From: an uncultured Alphaproteobacteria bacterium
GTDB lineage: Bacteria > Pseudomonadota > Alphaproteobacteria > Rhizobiales > Xanthobacteraceae
Length of the DNA stretch: 64,000 nucleotides
Assembly (NCBI GenBank): GCA_963739755.1
Contig: CAVUCB010000099.1
Coordinates: 11,148-75,147 of the forward strand
Direction: 5' to 3'
The notes under the pieces: generated by a model
Databases searched by the model: none
What the model saw: the letters and a program-made list of their open reading frames with translations, nothing else
Told to the model about the DNA's origin: nothing
Shown here: one piece after another, positions 31,158 through 41,248 of the stretch
Layout of the letters: each line of letters begins with the position of its first letter
How positions within the stretch are numbered: position 1 is the first letter of the stretch
Position numbers and translations under genes: made by a program

Positions 31158-33581
31158 TCACTGCGCCAGCGTTCGAACGACCCGAAAGCCGATGTCGTCA
31201 TGATGCGCGTCCGGATTGGCCCTGGCGCGAACGGCCGGCCGCAGCAAGGATGCAGGTGAGAACCAGTCGCCGCCCCGCACGGTCCGCGCCGGGCAGCCTG
31301 CCTGGGAGCGCGCTGCGCCGTCGGAGCCTGCCGCGCGGTAGTCGTCTGCAAAACAGTCGGCGGTCCACTCCCAGACATTGCCAATCAGGTCGTAGAGGCC
31401 AAAGCCATTTGCCGTGAACGAGCCGACCGGCGCGGTGTATGGATAGCCGTCGGTGCACGTCATGTACGAAGCATCGTCTGGCAGTCCCGCGGTCCTGGCC
31501 GACTGATCGGCGCCATTGGCTAACCGGCAAAGCTCGGCCGGGTCATCGCTGAGGCCAAAGCGTGCGGTGCCGCCGGCGCGGGCGGCATATTCATATTCCG
31601 CTTCCGACGGAAGCCGGTAGGGCTTGCCGGTGGTGCGCGACAGCCAGTCGACATAGGCCTGCGCATCCGTCCAGCTGACACAGACCGCCGGATGGTTGCC
31701 GGCTTGCGCATAGCCGGGCATGAGGAAGGATCGGTTCTCGCGCTCTTTCGGGATGTTCTGCTCCAGCGTGAAGCAACGGCCGCTGCCCCTGTATCCGGTG
31801 GCGTCGACAAAGGCGGCGTATTGATCGCGGGTCACCTCGAAACGGCCGACGGCGATCGGCTGTCTGAGCACGACCTTGTGCTGCGGGGCTTCATTGGTGG
31901 CGGCAAGGCCGCTATCGATCTCGTCCCTGCTGGAGCCCATCAGGAACTGGCCGGCCGGGACGACCACCATCTCAGGACAGTTCTCGCATTCCCTGAAGCT
32001 CTGCTTCGGCTTCAGCCCGCATTCTTCGGACATTGACAGCGCCGTTGCCGTGTCAGGGGAGAGCGAAGCGAGCTGCGGCGAAATAGCCGCGCAGCCGGAC
32101 TGCTGCTCGGCGGTCCTTGCTTCCTGGCCGAGCCTCGGGTCTTGCGGAAGTATCGCGGCCAACTGCATACGGCCGTCCGGCTTTGCCTGCGCGGCTTTGA
32201 GGCGCGCGGCCTGAGCGGCCTTGGCAGCTTCGATGGCCTGTGCGTTCTCGGCTTCTATCCGCGCATCCTGTGCAGCCTTGGCCTCAGCGATTCTCTGCCG
32301 TTCGTCCTCAGTGGCCTTGGCCTGTTCAGCGGCCCTTCTCTCGGCCGCAAGCCGCGCCTCCTCGGCGGCCTTGACTTCGGCTGCCTTGGCTTCGGCTGCC
32401 TTGGCTTCGGCGGCCTTGGCTTCCGCAAGCGCCTTTTGCTTCTCATAAGCTTCGCGCGCCGCCGCCTTTGCGGCTGCCTCGGCGCGGGCCTTCTCCGCTG
32501 CCACTCGCGCGTCCTCCGCCGCCTTGGCCTCGGCCGCGATCCTGGCACGCTCGGCTGCCGCCGCATTGGCGTCGTCCAACGCCTTCCTCTCGCTGGCGAG
32601 CCGCGCCTGTTCGGCTGCAGCCGCCCTGGCGGCCATCAGCTTTTCCCGCTGCGCCCTGGCGAGGTCGCTGTAGAACCCGGAAGGATATTTCCTGATGAAG
32701 GAATCCCAGGCCCCCACCGCGTTGATTTCCGACGCGAGCGCGTAGTCATCCTTCGCCCCCGCGTTGGGATCGGCAGTCGGCGCGGGCGGGGCCGGCACGA
32801 GCGCAACGTCGTTGCCGCCCAGCGAGCCGTAGATGAATGGCTCCTGCCGGTTGTTCGTGACCTTCAGGACCTCGTCGCGGACGAAACCGAACGCCTTGCG
32901 CAGGTCGAGGCCCGGCGTCGGCAGATATTTGACCAGTGCCGCGGTGAACGGACTGTTCGCGGTGTTGCCGTCGGCTGCGATCGAGCCTGCCTTGGCGGCA
33001 AAGGCGATCAGCGTGTTCGTGCCGGCCGGCTCGATGCTGGCCAGTCCGCTCGGCTCGACCCTGGCCAGTCCGCGATCGAGCGTGCGCGCGATGGTCGTGC
33101 GCTTGATGCCCTTGAAGGGATTGTCGCGGCAGGCGTCCAGAATGACGACCCGCAGCTGCCGTGCCGACTCGACGGCGTTCAACAGCCGGTCGAGCGGAAC
33201 CGCTTCGTCATAGGCGTCCGAGTCGCGCTCCAGCACGGCATCGACCGGAATGAGATAATTGGTGCCCTGGATCTCGAGCCCGTGGCCCGCAAAATAGATG
33301 ATGGCGATGTCGGCGTCGCGCGCCTCGTCGGCAAAATCGCGCAAGGCGCGCCGCATCTCGTTGGCCTTGAGGTCAAGCTTGAGCCGCACGGCGTCGAAGC
33401 CTGCGCGCTTGAACATCTCCGACATCGCCGTGGCGTCGTTGACGGGATTGGAAAGCTGCGGCACCCGCTCATAGCTGGAGTTGCCGATCACGAGCGCAAT
33501 CCGCTTTTCGGCGAATGCGGGTTGGCAGCAGAGCCATAGCGAGCAGAGTGCCAAAACGATGGCCGATACGACGCGCATCAT
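31158..33581 (-). CDS. Secreted caspase-family (C14) protein with Ala-rich coiled-coil linker and C-terminal FGE-sulfatase domain
   Basis: RIALVIGNS, YFAGHG, ILDACRDNP; AEAKA repeats; RLPSEAEYEYAAR, GNVWEW, IGFRV. Confidence 0.9.
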   Translation of the reverse strand: MMRVVSAIVLALCSLWLCCQPAFAEKRIALVIGNSSYERVPQLSNPVNDATAMSEMFKRAGFDAVRLKLDLKANEMRRALRDFADEARDADIAIIYFAGHGLEIQGTNYLIPVDAVLERDSDAYDEAVPLDRLLNAVESARQLRVVILDACRDNPFKGIKRTTIARTLDRGLARVEPSGLASIEPAGTNTLIAFAAKAGSIAADGNTANSPFTAALVKYLPTPGLDLRKAFGFVRDEVLKVTNNRQEPFIYGSLGGNDVALVPAPPAPTADPNAGAKDDYALASEINAVGAWDSFIRKYPSGFYSDLARAQREKLMAARAAAAEQARLASERKALDDANAAAAERARIAAEAKAAEDARVAAEKARAEAAAKAAAREAYEKQKALAEAKAAEAKAAEAKAAEVKAAEEARLAAERRAAEQAKATEDERQRIAEAKAAQDARIEAENAQAIEAAKAAQAARLKAAQAKPDGRMQLAAILPQDPRLGQEARTAEQQSGCAAISPQLASLSPDTATALSMSEECGLKPKQSFRECENCPEMVVVPAGQFLMGSSRDEIDSGLAATNEAPQHKVVLRQPIAVGRFEVTRDQYAAFVDATGYRGSGRCFTLEQNIPKERENRSFLMPGYAQAGNHPAVCVSWTDAQAYVDWLSRTTGKPYRLPSEAEYEYAARAGGTARFGLSDDPAELCRLANGADQSARTAGLPDDASYMTCTDGYPYTAPVGSFTANGFGLYDLIGNVWEWTADCFADDYRAAGSDGAARSQAGCPARTVRGGDWFSPASLLRPAVRARANPDAHHDDIGFRVVRTLAQ

Positions 33582-33684
33582 GCTTTCCAAAACCGGTCGC
33601 AAATGACAGCATGAAAGTGCCGGCTTGCGATCTGTCACTCCTACCACATTCCGGGAAGAATCGCAGATCGCTAAATAACGGCAG

Positions 33685-34920
33685 CTAGCGCTCGTCGGCA
33701 ATGACCTTGCCGTCATTGGGAAGCGAGCCTGGTGCCACCAGCTCGACATGGCCGCCAAGCTTCGCCACCGCGCGCAGCGTGGCGATGACCTGTTCGCAAA
33801 GTGCGTCGCTCGCTGCCTCGCACTCGGCTTTAAGCGACATGATGTCGTTTTCGTCCGCACGCGTGACCACGAGCCGCAGCCGTCCCAGTTCGGGATGGCG
33901 CCTGCCGATCTCGGCGACCTGCTCGGGCCGCACGAACATGCCCTTGACCTTGGTGGTCTGGTCGGCGCGCCCCATCCAGCCCTTAATGCGCATGTTGGTG
34001 CGCCCGCAGGGACTTTTTCCCGGCAGCGCCGCGGTAAGGTCGCCGAGCGCGAGCCGGATCCAAGGATGATGCGGATCGAGCGTGGTGACGACGATCTCGC
34101 CGACATCGCCTTCCGCCGCGGGATCGCCGGTGCCGGGCTTGACGATTTCCAGGATCAGGTCCTCGTTGACGACCATGCCCTCGCGGGCCGACGTCTCGTA
34201 GGCGACGAGACCGAGATCGGCGGTGCCAAAAGCCTGATAGGCGTCGACGCCGCGCGACTTGATCTCGGCCTGCAGGGAGGGCGGGAACGCGGCGCCCGAC
34301 ACCATTGCGCGCTGGATCGAAGAGACGTCGCGACCAGCGGCCGCTGCCGCATCGAGCAGGATCTTCAGAAAGTCCGGTGTGCCGCTATAGCCGATCGGGC
34401 GATAGGCTTCGATCAGCTCAAACTGCGCCTCGGTGTTGCCGGGGCCGGCCGGGATCACGGCGCAGCCCAGCGCACGCGCTGAAGTGTCGAAGATGAAGCC
34501 ACCCGGCGTCAGATGATAGCTGAAGGTGTTGAGCACGACATCGCCGGGGCGGAAGCCCACGGCAAAAAGCGCCCGCGCGCCGCGCCAGGGATCGGCCTGC
34601 GCGCCTTCCGGCTCGAAGATCGGGCCGGGCGAGGTGAATAGCCGCGCGAAGCAGCCAGGTTGGTCCGCGACGAAGCCGCCGAAGGGCGGGGCGGCCTTGT
34701 GCAGGGCAGAGAGCTCGGATTTGCGTTGCACCGGCAGCCGCGCCAGCGCGGCCCGACTGGTGACTGAAGCTGGGTCGATGCCCTTCAGCCGCTCGGCGTA
34801 GGCGGGCGCCGCCATGGCGTTGCGCAGCACGTCCGGCAGCCGCGAAAACAGGTCGGCCTCTCTTGCGGTGGGATCGCGGGTTTCCCGGGCGTCGTAGTGC
34901 TCCAGCCTGCTCACAGCCAT
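33685..34920 (-). CDS. Phenylacetate-CoA ligase family protein
   Basis: FTSPGPIFEP, YQAFGTADLG, GRADQTTKVKGMFVRP. Confidence 0.85.
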   Translation of the reverse strand: MAVSRLEHYDARETRDPTAREADLFSRLPDVLRNAMAAPAYAERLKGIDPASVTSRAALARLPVQRKSELSALHKAAPPFGGFVADQPGCFARLFTSPGPIFEPEGAQADPWRGARALFAVGFRPGDVVLNTFSYHLTPGGFIFDTSARALGCAVIPAGPGNTEAQFELIEAYRPIGYSGTPDFLKILLDAAAAAGRDVSSIQRAMVSGAAFPPSLQAEIKSRGVDAYQAFGTADLGLVAYETSAREGMVVNEDLILEIVKPGTGDPAAEGDVGEIVVTTLDPHHPWIRLALGDLTAALPGKSPCGRTNMRIKGWMGRADQTTKVKGMFVRPEQVAEIGRRHPELGRLRLVVTRADENDIMSLKAECEAASDALCEQVIATLRAVAKLGGHVELVAPGSLPNDGKVIADER

Positions 34921-35756
34921 CGCTTCCGTCGCTTGAAGCTTTTCAGGTTCTTGAAACTCTTGCGCTGGTCGCCGGCGCCGCCGAGATAAAACTCTTTGAC
35001 GTCCTCATTGTCGCGCAGTTCGTCTGCCGAGCCGTCAAGCACGACCTTGCCCTGTTCCATGATGTAGCCATAGCTCGCCACCGACAGCGCCGCACGAGCG
35101 TTCTGCTCGACGAGGAGAATGGTTACGCCGAGATCGCGGTTGATCTCCCTGATGATGGAAAATACCTCTTTGACCAGCAGCGGCGACAGACCCATCGACG
35201 GCTCGTCCATCAGGATCATTTTCGGGCGCGCCATCAGCGCCCGGCCGATCGCAAGCATCTGCTGCTCGCCGCCGGAGAGATAGCCGGCCAGGCCCGTGCG
35301 CTCCTTCAGCCGCGGAAAATATTTGAAGACCATGTCGATGTCGGCGGACACTTCGCCGTCGCGGCGGGTGAAGGCGCCGAGCTTCAGGTTCTCGATCGAC
35401 GTCATGTCGGCGACGATGCGCCGGCCCTCCATCACCTGGAAGATGCCGCGGCGGACGATCTTGTCAGGATCGATGCCGTCGATGCGTTCGCCGTCGAACA
35501 TGATCTCGCCGCGCGTGACTTCGCCATCCTCGGTCTTGAGCAGGCCCGAGATCGCCTTCAGCGTGGTCGACTTGCCCGCGCCGTTGGCGCCAAGCAGCGC
35601 CACGATGGCGCCCTTCGGGACTTCGAGGCTCAAGCCGCGCAGCACGAGGATGACGTCGTCATAGACGACCTCGATGTTGCGCACACTGAGGAGCGGGGCC
35701 ACGGCGGCAGACGTGGTTGGGCGTGTGGCTTCGGCGGTCTCGATCATGTCTGACAC
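34911..35756 (-). CDS. Liv-type ABC ATPase (LivF-like)
   Basis: GANGAGKS, LSGGEQQ, LMDEPS. Confidence 0.9.
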   Translation of the reverse strand: MSDMIETAEATRPTTSAAVAPLLSVRNIEVVYDDVILVLRGLSLEVPKGAIVALLGANGAGKSTTLKAISGLLKTEDGEVTRGEIMFDGERIDGIDPDKIVRRGIFQVMEGRRIVADMTSIENLKLGAFTRRDGEVSADIDMVFKYFPRLKERTGLAGYLSGGEQQMLAIGRALMARPKMILMDEPSMGLSPLLVKEVFSIIREINRDLGVTILLVEQNARAALSVASYGYIMEQGKVVLDGSADELRDNEDVKEFYLGGAGDQRKSFKNLKSFKRRKRWL

Positions 35757-35768
35757 CGTGTTGATAAC

Positions 35769-35851
35769 TCGTCATCGCCGGGCTTGACCCGACGATCCAT
35801 CGCCCAAGGACGGGTCCTGGATGGATCCGCGGGTCACGCCCGCGCATGACG
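35769..35851. repeat. REP-like palindromic element
   Basis: CGTCATCGCCGGGCTTGACCC...GGGTCACGCCCGCGCATGACG; similar copy at 39204-39293. Confidence 0.75.
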
Positions 35852-35876
35852 GTGCGTGAGTGGGGTGAGACTTAGC

Positions 35877-37160
35877 TCACCACCCGAACCATTCCGGCTT
35901 GCGCGGCAGCTCGACGGTCTTCACCTTCTCGAGCTTGATCGTGCCTTTGGTCATCAGGTCGTTGATGTCGCCGTCGGTCGCGCCCGAAACCTTCGAGCGA
36001 TAGAGGTCGACCTTCATGCTGCCGCGATGGTCCTTCTCGGTCCAGGTCGAGGGGTTGCAGACGCCTTCCATGCCGGCGGGCACCCAATCCTTCTTCTGGT
36101 AGAAGCCCTTGGCAACGTTCTCGCCGGTCGCACCGCCATTCTTGGCGGCCCAGTCGAGCGCTTCCTTGAGGTACAGCGCGCTGCACACGGCTGCGACGTA
36201 ATGCACGGGGCGATAGACCTTGCCCGTCGGATCCGACATCTTGGAGATTTCCGCCAGTGTCTTCATGCCCGGCGCGTTGCCGTTCCAGGCCACGGCCGTG
36301 CGCAGCGGGAAGATGACGCCGTCGGCGGCATCGCCCGCGGTCTTGGCAGCGTTTTCATCCATGCCCCAGACATTGCCGAGGAACTGGACGTCGACGCCGG
36401 CTGCCTTGCAGGCCTTCATCACGGAGATGTTGGAGGCCGCGGTATTGCCCAAATAGGCGTAGTTGGCGCCGGAGCTCTTCAGGCTCAGGCACTGCGCCGA
36501 GTAATCGCCCGGTGCCAGCGCGAACACCAGCGGCGGCAGCACTTCGAAGCCGAGTTCGGTGGCAAGCGCTTCGCCCGCGGCCTTCGGTGCGTTCGGGTAG
36601 GGATGGTTGGCACCCATATGGACGAATTTCGGCTTGCCGGATTTGCCCTTGGCCTTCCAGTCATCGGCCGCCCACATCAGCATCGCGCGCATGGCGTCCG
36701 AATAGCTCGGGCCATAGAAGAAATTGTACGGCGCGGGTTTCGCCTTGCCGCTCGACCCTTCGGGATCGGTGAGCGCCGCGGCGTAGGAACCGGAGACGTC
36801 GGGGATCTTGTCCTGGGCGAGGAAGCCGGTCAGCGCTTCGGTATCCGCCGTACCCCAGCCCATGATCGCCGCGACCTTGTTGTCGGCCGCCGACCATTTC
36901 TTGTAGAGCGCGATCGCCTGCGGCACCTTGTAGCCATAGTCGTTGCTGTCGACATTGAGCTGCTTGCCGCCGACGCCGCCATTCTTGTTGACCCAGGCGA
37001 AGGTGTCCGCGACGCCCTGGCCGTAGGGCGTGCCGACGTCGGCCGTGCCGCCTGAAAGATCTTCGAGATGGCCGATGGCGATCTGGGCCTGCGCGCTCGC
37101 TGACGCGACGCCAAGCACCACCGCCAGCGAAACCGTGCTCAAAAGGGATTTTAGGGTCAT
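35877..37160 (-). CDS. Liv-type ABC substrate-binding protein
   Basis: AGGAG RBS, signal peptide, IAIGHLEDLSGGTADVG. Confidence 0.9.
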   Translation of the reverse strand: MTLKSLLSTVSLAVVLGVASASAQAQIAIGHLEDLSGGTADVGTPYGQGVADTFAWVNKNGGVGGKQLNVDSNDYGYKVPQAIALYKKWSAADNKVAAIMGWGTADTEALTGFLAQDKIPDVSGSYAAALTDPEGSSGKAKPAPYNFFYGPSYSDAMRAMLMWAADDWKAKGKSGKPKFVHMGANHPYPNAPKAAGEALATELGFEVLPPLVFALAPGDYSAQCLSLKSSGANYAYLGNTAASNISVMKACKAAGVDVQFLGNVWGMDENAAKTAGDAADGVIFPLRTAVAWNGNAPGMKTLAEISKMSDPTGKVYRPVHYVAAVCSALYLKEALDWAAKNGGATGENVAKGFYQKKDWVPAGMEGVCNPSTWTEKDHRGSMKVDLYRSKVSGATDGDINDLMTKGTIKLEKVKTVELPRKPEWFGW

Positions 37161-37213
37161 TGGTCTTCCTCCTGTTATTCGTTGGTCCAATTGTAGTCTG
37201 TCCGTTCCCAACC

Positions 37214-38287
37214 TCAATGTGAAAACGGGTAGAGTTTCCAGTAGGCCTTGATCTGGCGCCAGCGATGCGCGAGCCCGTCGGGCTCGAACATCAGAAAGCC
37301 GATGATGATCACGCCGATCGCGATCTCGCGCAGGAAGGTGATGTTGTTGTTGAGCGAGAGCGCGTGATCGAAGGCGGTGCCCTTGAGGCTGTTGCTGAGC
37401 CATTCCATCAATTCCGGCACCAGCACCACGAAGGCGGTGCCCATCAGCGTGCCCATGATCGAGCCGGTGCCGCCGATGATGACCATGGCGAGGAACAGGA
37501 TCGAGCGCTCGATGCCAAAACCCTCCTGCGAGATCACGAGCTGGTAGTGCGCATAGAGCGCGCCGGCGATGCCGGCGAAGAACGCCGCAAGGCCGAACGA
37601 CAGCGTGCGGTATTTGGTGAGATTGATGCCCATGATCTCGGCGGAGAGATAATGGTCGCGGATCGCCACAAGCGCGCGGCCGTCGCGCGTGCGCATCAGA
37701 TTGGTGACGAGAAGGTAGCAGACCAGCACATAGGCCAGCACGACATAGAAATACTGTCGGTCGCCGCGCAGCGCATAGCCGAAGATCGAGAACGGATTGG
37801 CGCTCGCTGGCACCGAGCCGCCCGAAAACCATTCCGCGCGGGAGAAGAAGTCGAGCAGGATATATTGCGCGGCAAGCGTGGCAATCACGAGGTAAAGCCC
37901 CTTCAGCCGTGCCGCCGGCAGGCCGAAGATCAATCCGACGAGTGCGGTGACCGCACCCGCGATCGGAATGGAGAAGAAGACGGGGATCGGGAAATTGTTG
38001 TTGATGTAGGCGGACGAGAACGCGCCGAGCAGGAAGAAGGCTGCCTGGCCGATCGATATCTGTCCGGTGAAGCCGACCAGAATGTTGAGGCCGAGCGCGG
38101 CAATCGAGAAGATGCCGATCTGGATCGAGATCGAGAGCCAGTACTCGCTGAAGATTTTTGGCGCGAAGCAGAGCAGGAGGATGCCGGCGATCGCAAAGTT
38201 GCGGCTGGTTTTGGTCGGAAAGATCGTGGTGTCGGCCGCGTACGAAGTGCGGAAGCCACCGGCCGGGATGAGCGAAGGGCCAGCCAT
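37214..38287 (-). CDS. Liv-type ABC permease (LivM-like)
   Basis: GLNILVGFTGQISIGQAAF, GRALVAIRD. Confidence 0.9.
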   Translation of the reverse strand: MAGPSLIPAGGFRTSYAADTTIFPTKTSRNFAIAGILLLCFAPKIFSEYWLSISIQIGIFSIAALGLNILVGFTGQISIGQAAFFLLGAFSSAYINNNFPIPVFFSIPIAGAVTALVGLIFGLPAARLKGLYLVIATLAAQYILLDFFSRAEWFSGGSVPASANPFSIFGYALRGDRQYFYVVLAYVLVCYLLVTNLMRTRDGRALVAIRDHYLSAEIMGINLTKYRTLSFGLAAFFAGIAGALYAHYQLVISQEGFGIERSILFLAMVIIGGTGSIMGTLMGTAFVVLVPELMEWLSNSLKGTAFDHALSLNNNITFLREIAIGVIIIGFLMFEPDGLAHRWRQIKAYWKLYPFSH

Positions 38288-39180
38288 CAGATGCGCTCGA
38301 TATCCTTGGTGCCGAACAGGCCGTAGGGTTTGATCATGAGAATGATGATCAGGACGTAGAACGGTGCGATCTCATAGAGATTGCCCCAGTGCAGGTACTG
38401 GCTGTCGACATATTGCGCGATGTTTTCGAGCAGCCCGATGATGATGCCGCCGAGCACGGCGCCGCCAATCGAGTTGAGCCCGCCCAGGATCGCCGCAGGA
38501 AACACCTTGATGCCGTAGGTCGAGAGGCCGGATGACACGCCGTTGACGACCGCGACCACGACGCCGGCCACGGCTGACACCATAGCCGAGATTGCCCAGG
38601 CCATCGCGAACACGTTCTTCACGGAGATGCCGAGCGATTGCGCCACCTGCTGGTTGAAGGCGGTCGCGCGCATGGCAAGGCCGTATTTCGAGGCGCGGAA
38701 GAACCAGGCCATGCCGATCATCATCAGCACCGAGACGATCAGGCTCATGACATAGACGGTCTGGATCTGCAGGCCGAACAGGTCGACGCTCTGGTTCTGG
38801 AACACGCGCGGGAACGGTTGCGGGTTGACGCCAAAGATCCATTTCAGCGCGGCCTGGAACACGGTCGAGAGCCCGATCGTGACCATGATGACGGAGATGA
38901 TGGGCTCGCCGATCATCGGGCGCAGGATCACGATCTGGATCGCGATGCCGAACACGAACATGAAGACCAGCGTCAGCGGCATGCCGAGCCAGAACGGCAC
39001 GTGGAATTTGTTCAGCATCAACCAGCACACCCAGGCGCCGATCAGGAGCAGCTCGCCTTGCGCGAAGTTGACGACCTGGGTCGCCTTGTAGATCAGCACG
39101 AACGACATCGCCACCACGCCATAGAGCGTGCCGACCACGAGGCCGTTGACGAGGAGCTGGATCAGGAAGGCGGTGTTCAT
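38287..39180 (-). CDS. Liv-type ABC permease (LivH-like)
   Basis: NGLVVGTLY...VVNFAQGE, GLAMRA. Confidence 0.9.
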   Translation of the reverse strand: MNTAFLIQLLVNGLVVGTLYGVVAMSFVLIYKATQVVNFAQGELLLIGAWVCWLMLNKFHVPFWLGMPLTLVFMFVFGIAIQIVILRPMIGEPIISVIMVTIGLSTVFQAALKWIFGVNPQPFPRVFQNQSVDLFGLQIQTVYVMSLIVSVLMMIGMAWFFRASKYGLAMRATAFNQQVAQSLGISVKNVFAMAWAISAMVSAVAGVVVAVVNGVSSGLSTYGIKVFPAAILGGLNSIGGAVLGGIIIGLLENIAQYVDSQYLHWGNLYEIAPFYVLIIILMIKPYGLFGTKDIERI

Positions 39181-39203
39181 GCGAAGCAACCCAGCCTGCA
39201 ACT

Positions 39204-39293
39204 CATCATCGCCGGGCTTGACCCGGCGATCCAACGCCTAAAAAGGCATGTTTCCGAAGTATGATGGATGCGCGGGTCAAGCCCGCGCATGAC
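39204..39293. repeat. REP-like palindromic element
   Basis: TCATCGCCGGGCTTGACCC...GGGTCAAGCCCGCGCATGACG. Confidence 0.75.
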
Positions 39294-39316
39294 GATCGAA
39301 TTTGTCGATGCGCGCT

Positions 39317-41248
39317 TCACTCCGCGGCCTCCGCAAGTGTCGCGTGACCACCTAGGTCGACCACGTGCAGCGAGGTGCGGACGCGCTGGGTCGTGCCGTC
39401 CTGGAAGCGGATCACGGTGTCGACCGGGATGTTGGCGGCGCCGCGATAGATTGAGTCGATGATATCGCCGTATTTCTCGTTGATCACGCCGCGGCGGACT
39501 TTTCGCGTGCGGGTCAGTTCGCCGTCATCTGCGTCGAGCTCCTTGTAGAGCAGCAGGAACCGCGAGATGCGCTGTGCCGGCGGCAGCGTGGCGTTGACGG
39601 TTTCCACTTCCTTGCGCAGCAACGCATAAACTTCAGGCCGCGAGGCGAGGTCGGTGTAGGTCGTGAACGCGATGCGGTTCTTCTCCGCCCATTTCGAGAT
39701 GATGGAGTAGCGGATGCAGATCATCGCGGCCAGGGCCTCGCGGCCGGCACCGAGCACCACGGCTTCCGCGATATAGGGCGAGAACTTCAGCTTGTTCTCG
39801 ATATATTGCGGCGAGAAGCGTTCGCCGCGCGAGGTTTCCGCGAGATCCTTGATGCGGTCGATAACGATGAGCTGCTTCATGTCGTTGAAATAGCCGGCAT
39901 CACCCGAATACATCCATCCTTCCTTCATGTCGGCGGCGGAGGCTTCGGGGTTCTTGTAATAGCCAAGGAACATGTTGGGGTGGCGGACCACGATCTCGCC
40001 AACGCCCTGGCTGTCTGGGCTTTCGATCTTGATCTCGATCGAGTTTGCCATCACCACACCGGTCGTATCGGGATCGACCTTGCCCTCGGGATGCAGCGTG
40101 TAGGCGCCGAGCAACTCCGTCTGGCCGTAGAGCGTGCGCAGCGGCACGCCCATGGCCTGGAAGAATTTGAATGTGTCAGGTCCGAGCGCCGCGCCGCCGG
40201 TCGCTGCCGAGCGCAGCCGCGTGAAGCCAAGACGGTCGCGCAGCGCGCGGAACAGGAGCAGGTTGGCTAGCGTGGATCGCTGACCCTTTTCCAACGCTGC
40301 GAGTCCCGTCCTCATGCCGACTGCATAGAGCCGCTGTTTCAGCGGCGAGGCATCCATCACTCGCGCGCGGACGTCAGCCGCGATCGCTTCCCAAACCCGT
40401 GGCGCGAACAGCACGAAGGTCGGCGCGATCTCACGGAAATCGCTCATCATGGTGTCGGCCTGCTCGACGAAGTTGATCTTCATTCGGCACAAGAGGCCTT
40501 TGCCGAGCACATAGACCTGCTCCATGATCCAGGGCAGCGGCAGCACCGAGACATATTCGTCGTCCGGGCCCTTGGGATCGAAGGAGAGATAGGTCGCGCA
40601 ATGGCTGAGAACGCGCCCAGCGGCGAGCATCGCGAGCTTCGGGTTTGCGGTGGTGCCCGAGGTGGTGCAGAGGATCGCGCAGTCGTCCCCCTTGGTCGCA
40701 TCGGCGAGCCTGTCATAGAGGCCAGGCTCGCGCTTGGCGCGGTCGCGGCCCATCGCGGCGAGCTTGTCGGCTTCCATCAGCCGCGGATCGTCATATTTCC
40801 GCATGCCGCGCGGATCGGAATAGACGATGTGTTTGAGATGCGGCACGCGGTCGGCCAGCGTCAACAGCTTGTCGACCTGCTCCTCGTCCTCGGCGAACAC
40901 CAGCCTGGCTTCGCCGTAATTGAGGAGATAGGCGGCTTCCTCATCCAGCACGTCGCGATAGAGCCCGAGGCTCAAGCCCCCGATCGCATGCGTTGCGATC
41001 TCGGCCGCGACCCAGTCCGGCCGGTTGTCGCCGATGATGCCGATCACGTCGCCGCGGCGCAGGCCCAATTCGACCATGCCGAGCGCAAAGTCATGCACCC
41101 GCGTCTGGTAGTCGTTCCAGGTGAACAGCCGCCACAGCCCAAAATCCTTTTCGCGCAGCGCGATCTCGTTGCCGTGCTCTTTGGCATTGCGGCGCAGCAG
41201 CTTCGGATAAGTATCCGCCTGCGCGACGCGTGCGGCGTAATCCATCAT
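39317..41248 (-). CDS. Long-chain acyl-CoA ligase (AMP-binding)
   Basis: TTSGTTANPK, YGQTE, SGDAG, ELTRTRKVRR. Confidence 0.9.
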   Translation of the reverse strand: MMDYAARVAQADTYPKLLRRNAKEHGNEIALREKDFGLWRLFTWNDYQTRVHDFALGMVELGLRRGDVIGIIGDNRPDWVAAEIATHAIGGLSLGLYRDVLDEEAAYLLNYGEARLVFAEDEEQVDKLLTLADRVPHLKHIVYSDPRGMRKYDDPRLMEADKLAAMGRDRAKREPGLYDRLADATKGDDCAILCTTSGTTANPKLAMLAAGRVLSHCATYLSFDPKGPDDEYVSVLPLPWIMEQVYVLGKGLLCRMKINFVEQADTMMSDFREIAPTFVLFAPRVWEAIAADVRARVMDASPLKQRLYAVGMRTGLAALEKGQRSTLANLLLFRALRDRLGFTRLRSAATGGAALGPDTFKFFQAMGVPLRTLYGQTELLGAYTLHPEGKVDPDTTGVVMANSIEIKIESPDSQGVGEIVVRHPNMFLGYYKNPEASAADMKEGWMYSGDAGYFNDMKQLIVIDRIKDLAETSRGERFSPQYIENKLKFSPYIAEAVVLGAGREALAAMICIRYSIISKWAEKNRIAFTTYTDLASRPEVYALLRKEVETVNATLPPAQRISRFLLLYKELDADDGELTRTRKVRRGVINEKYGDIIDSIYRGAANIPVDTVIRFQDGTTQRVRTSLHVVDLGGHATLAEAAE

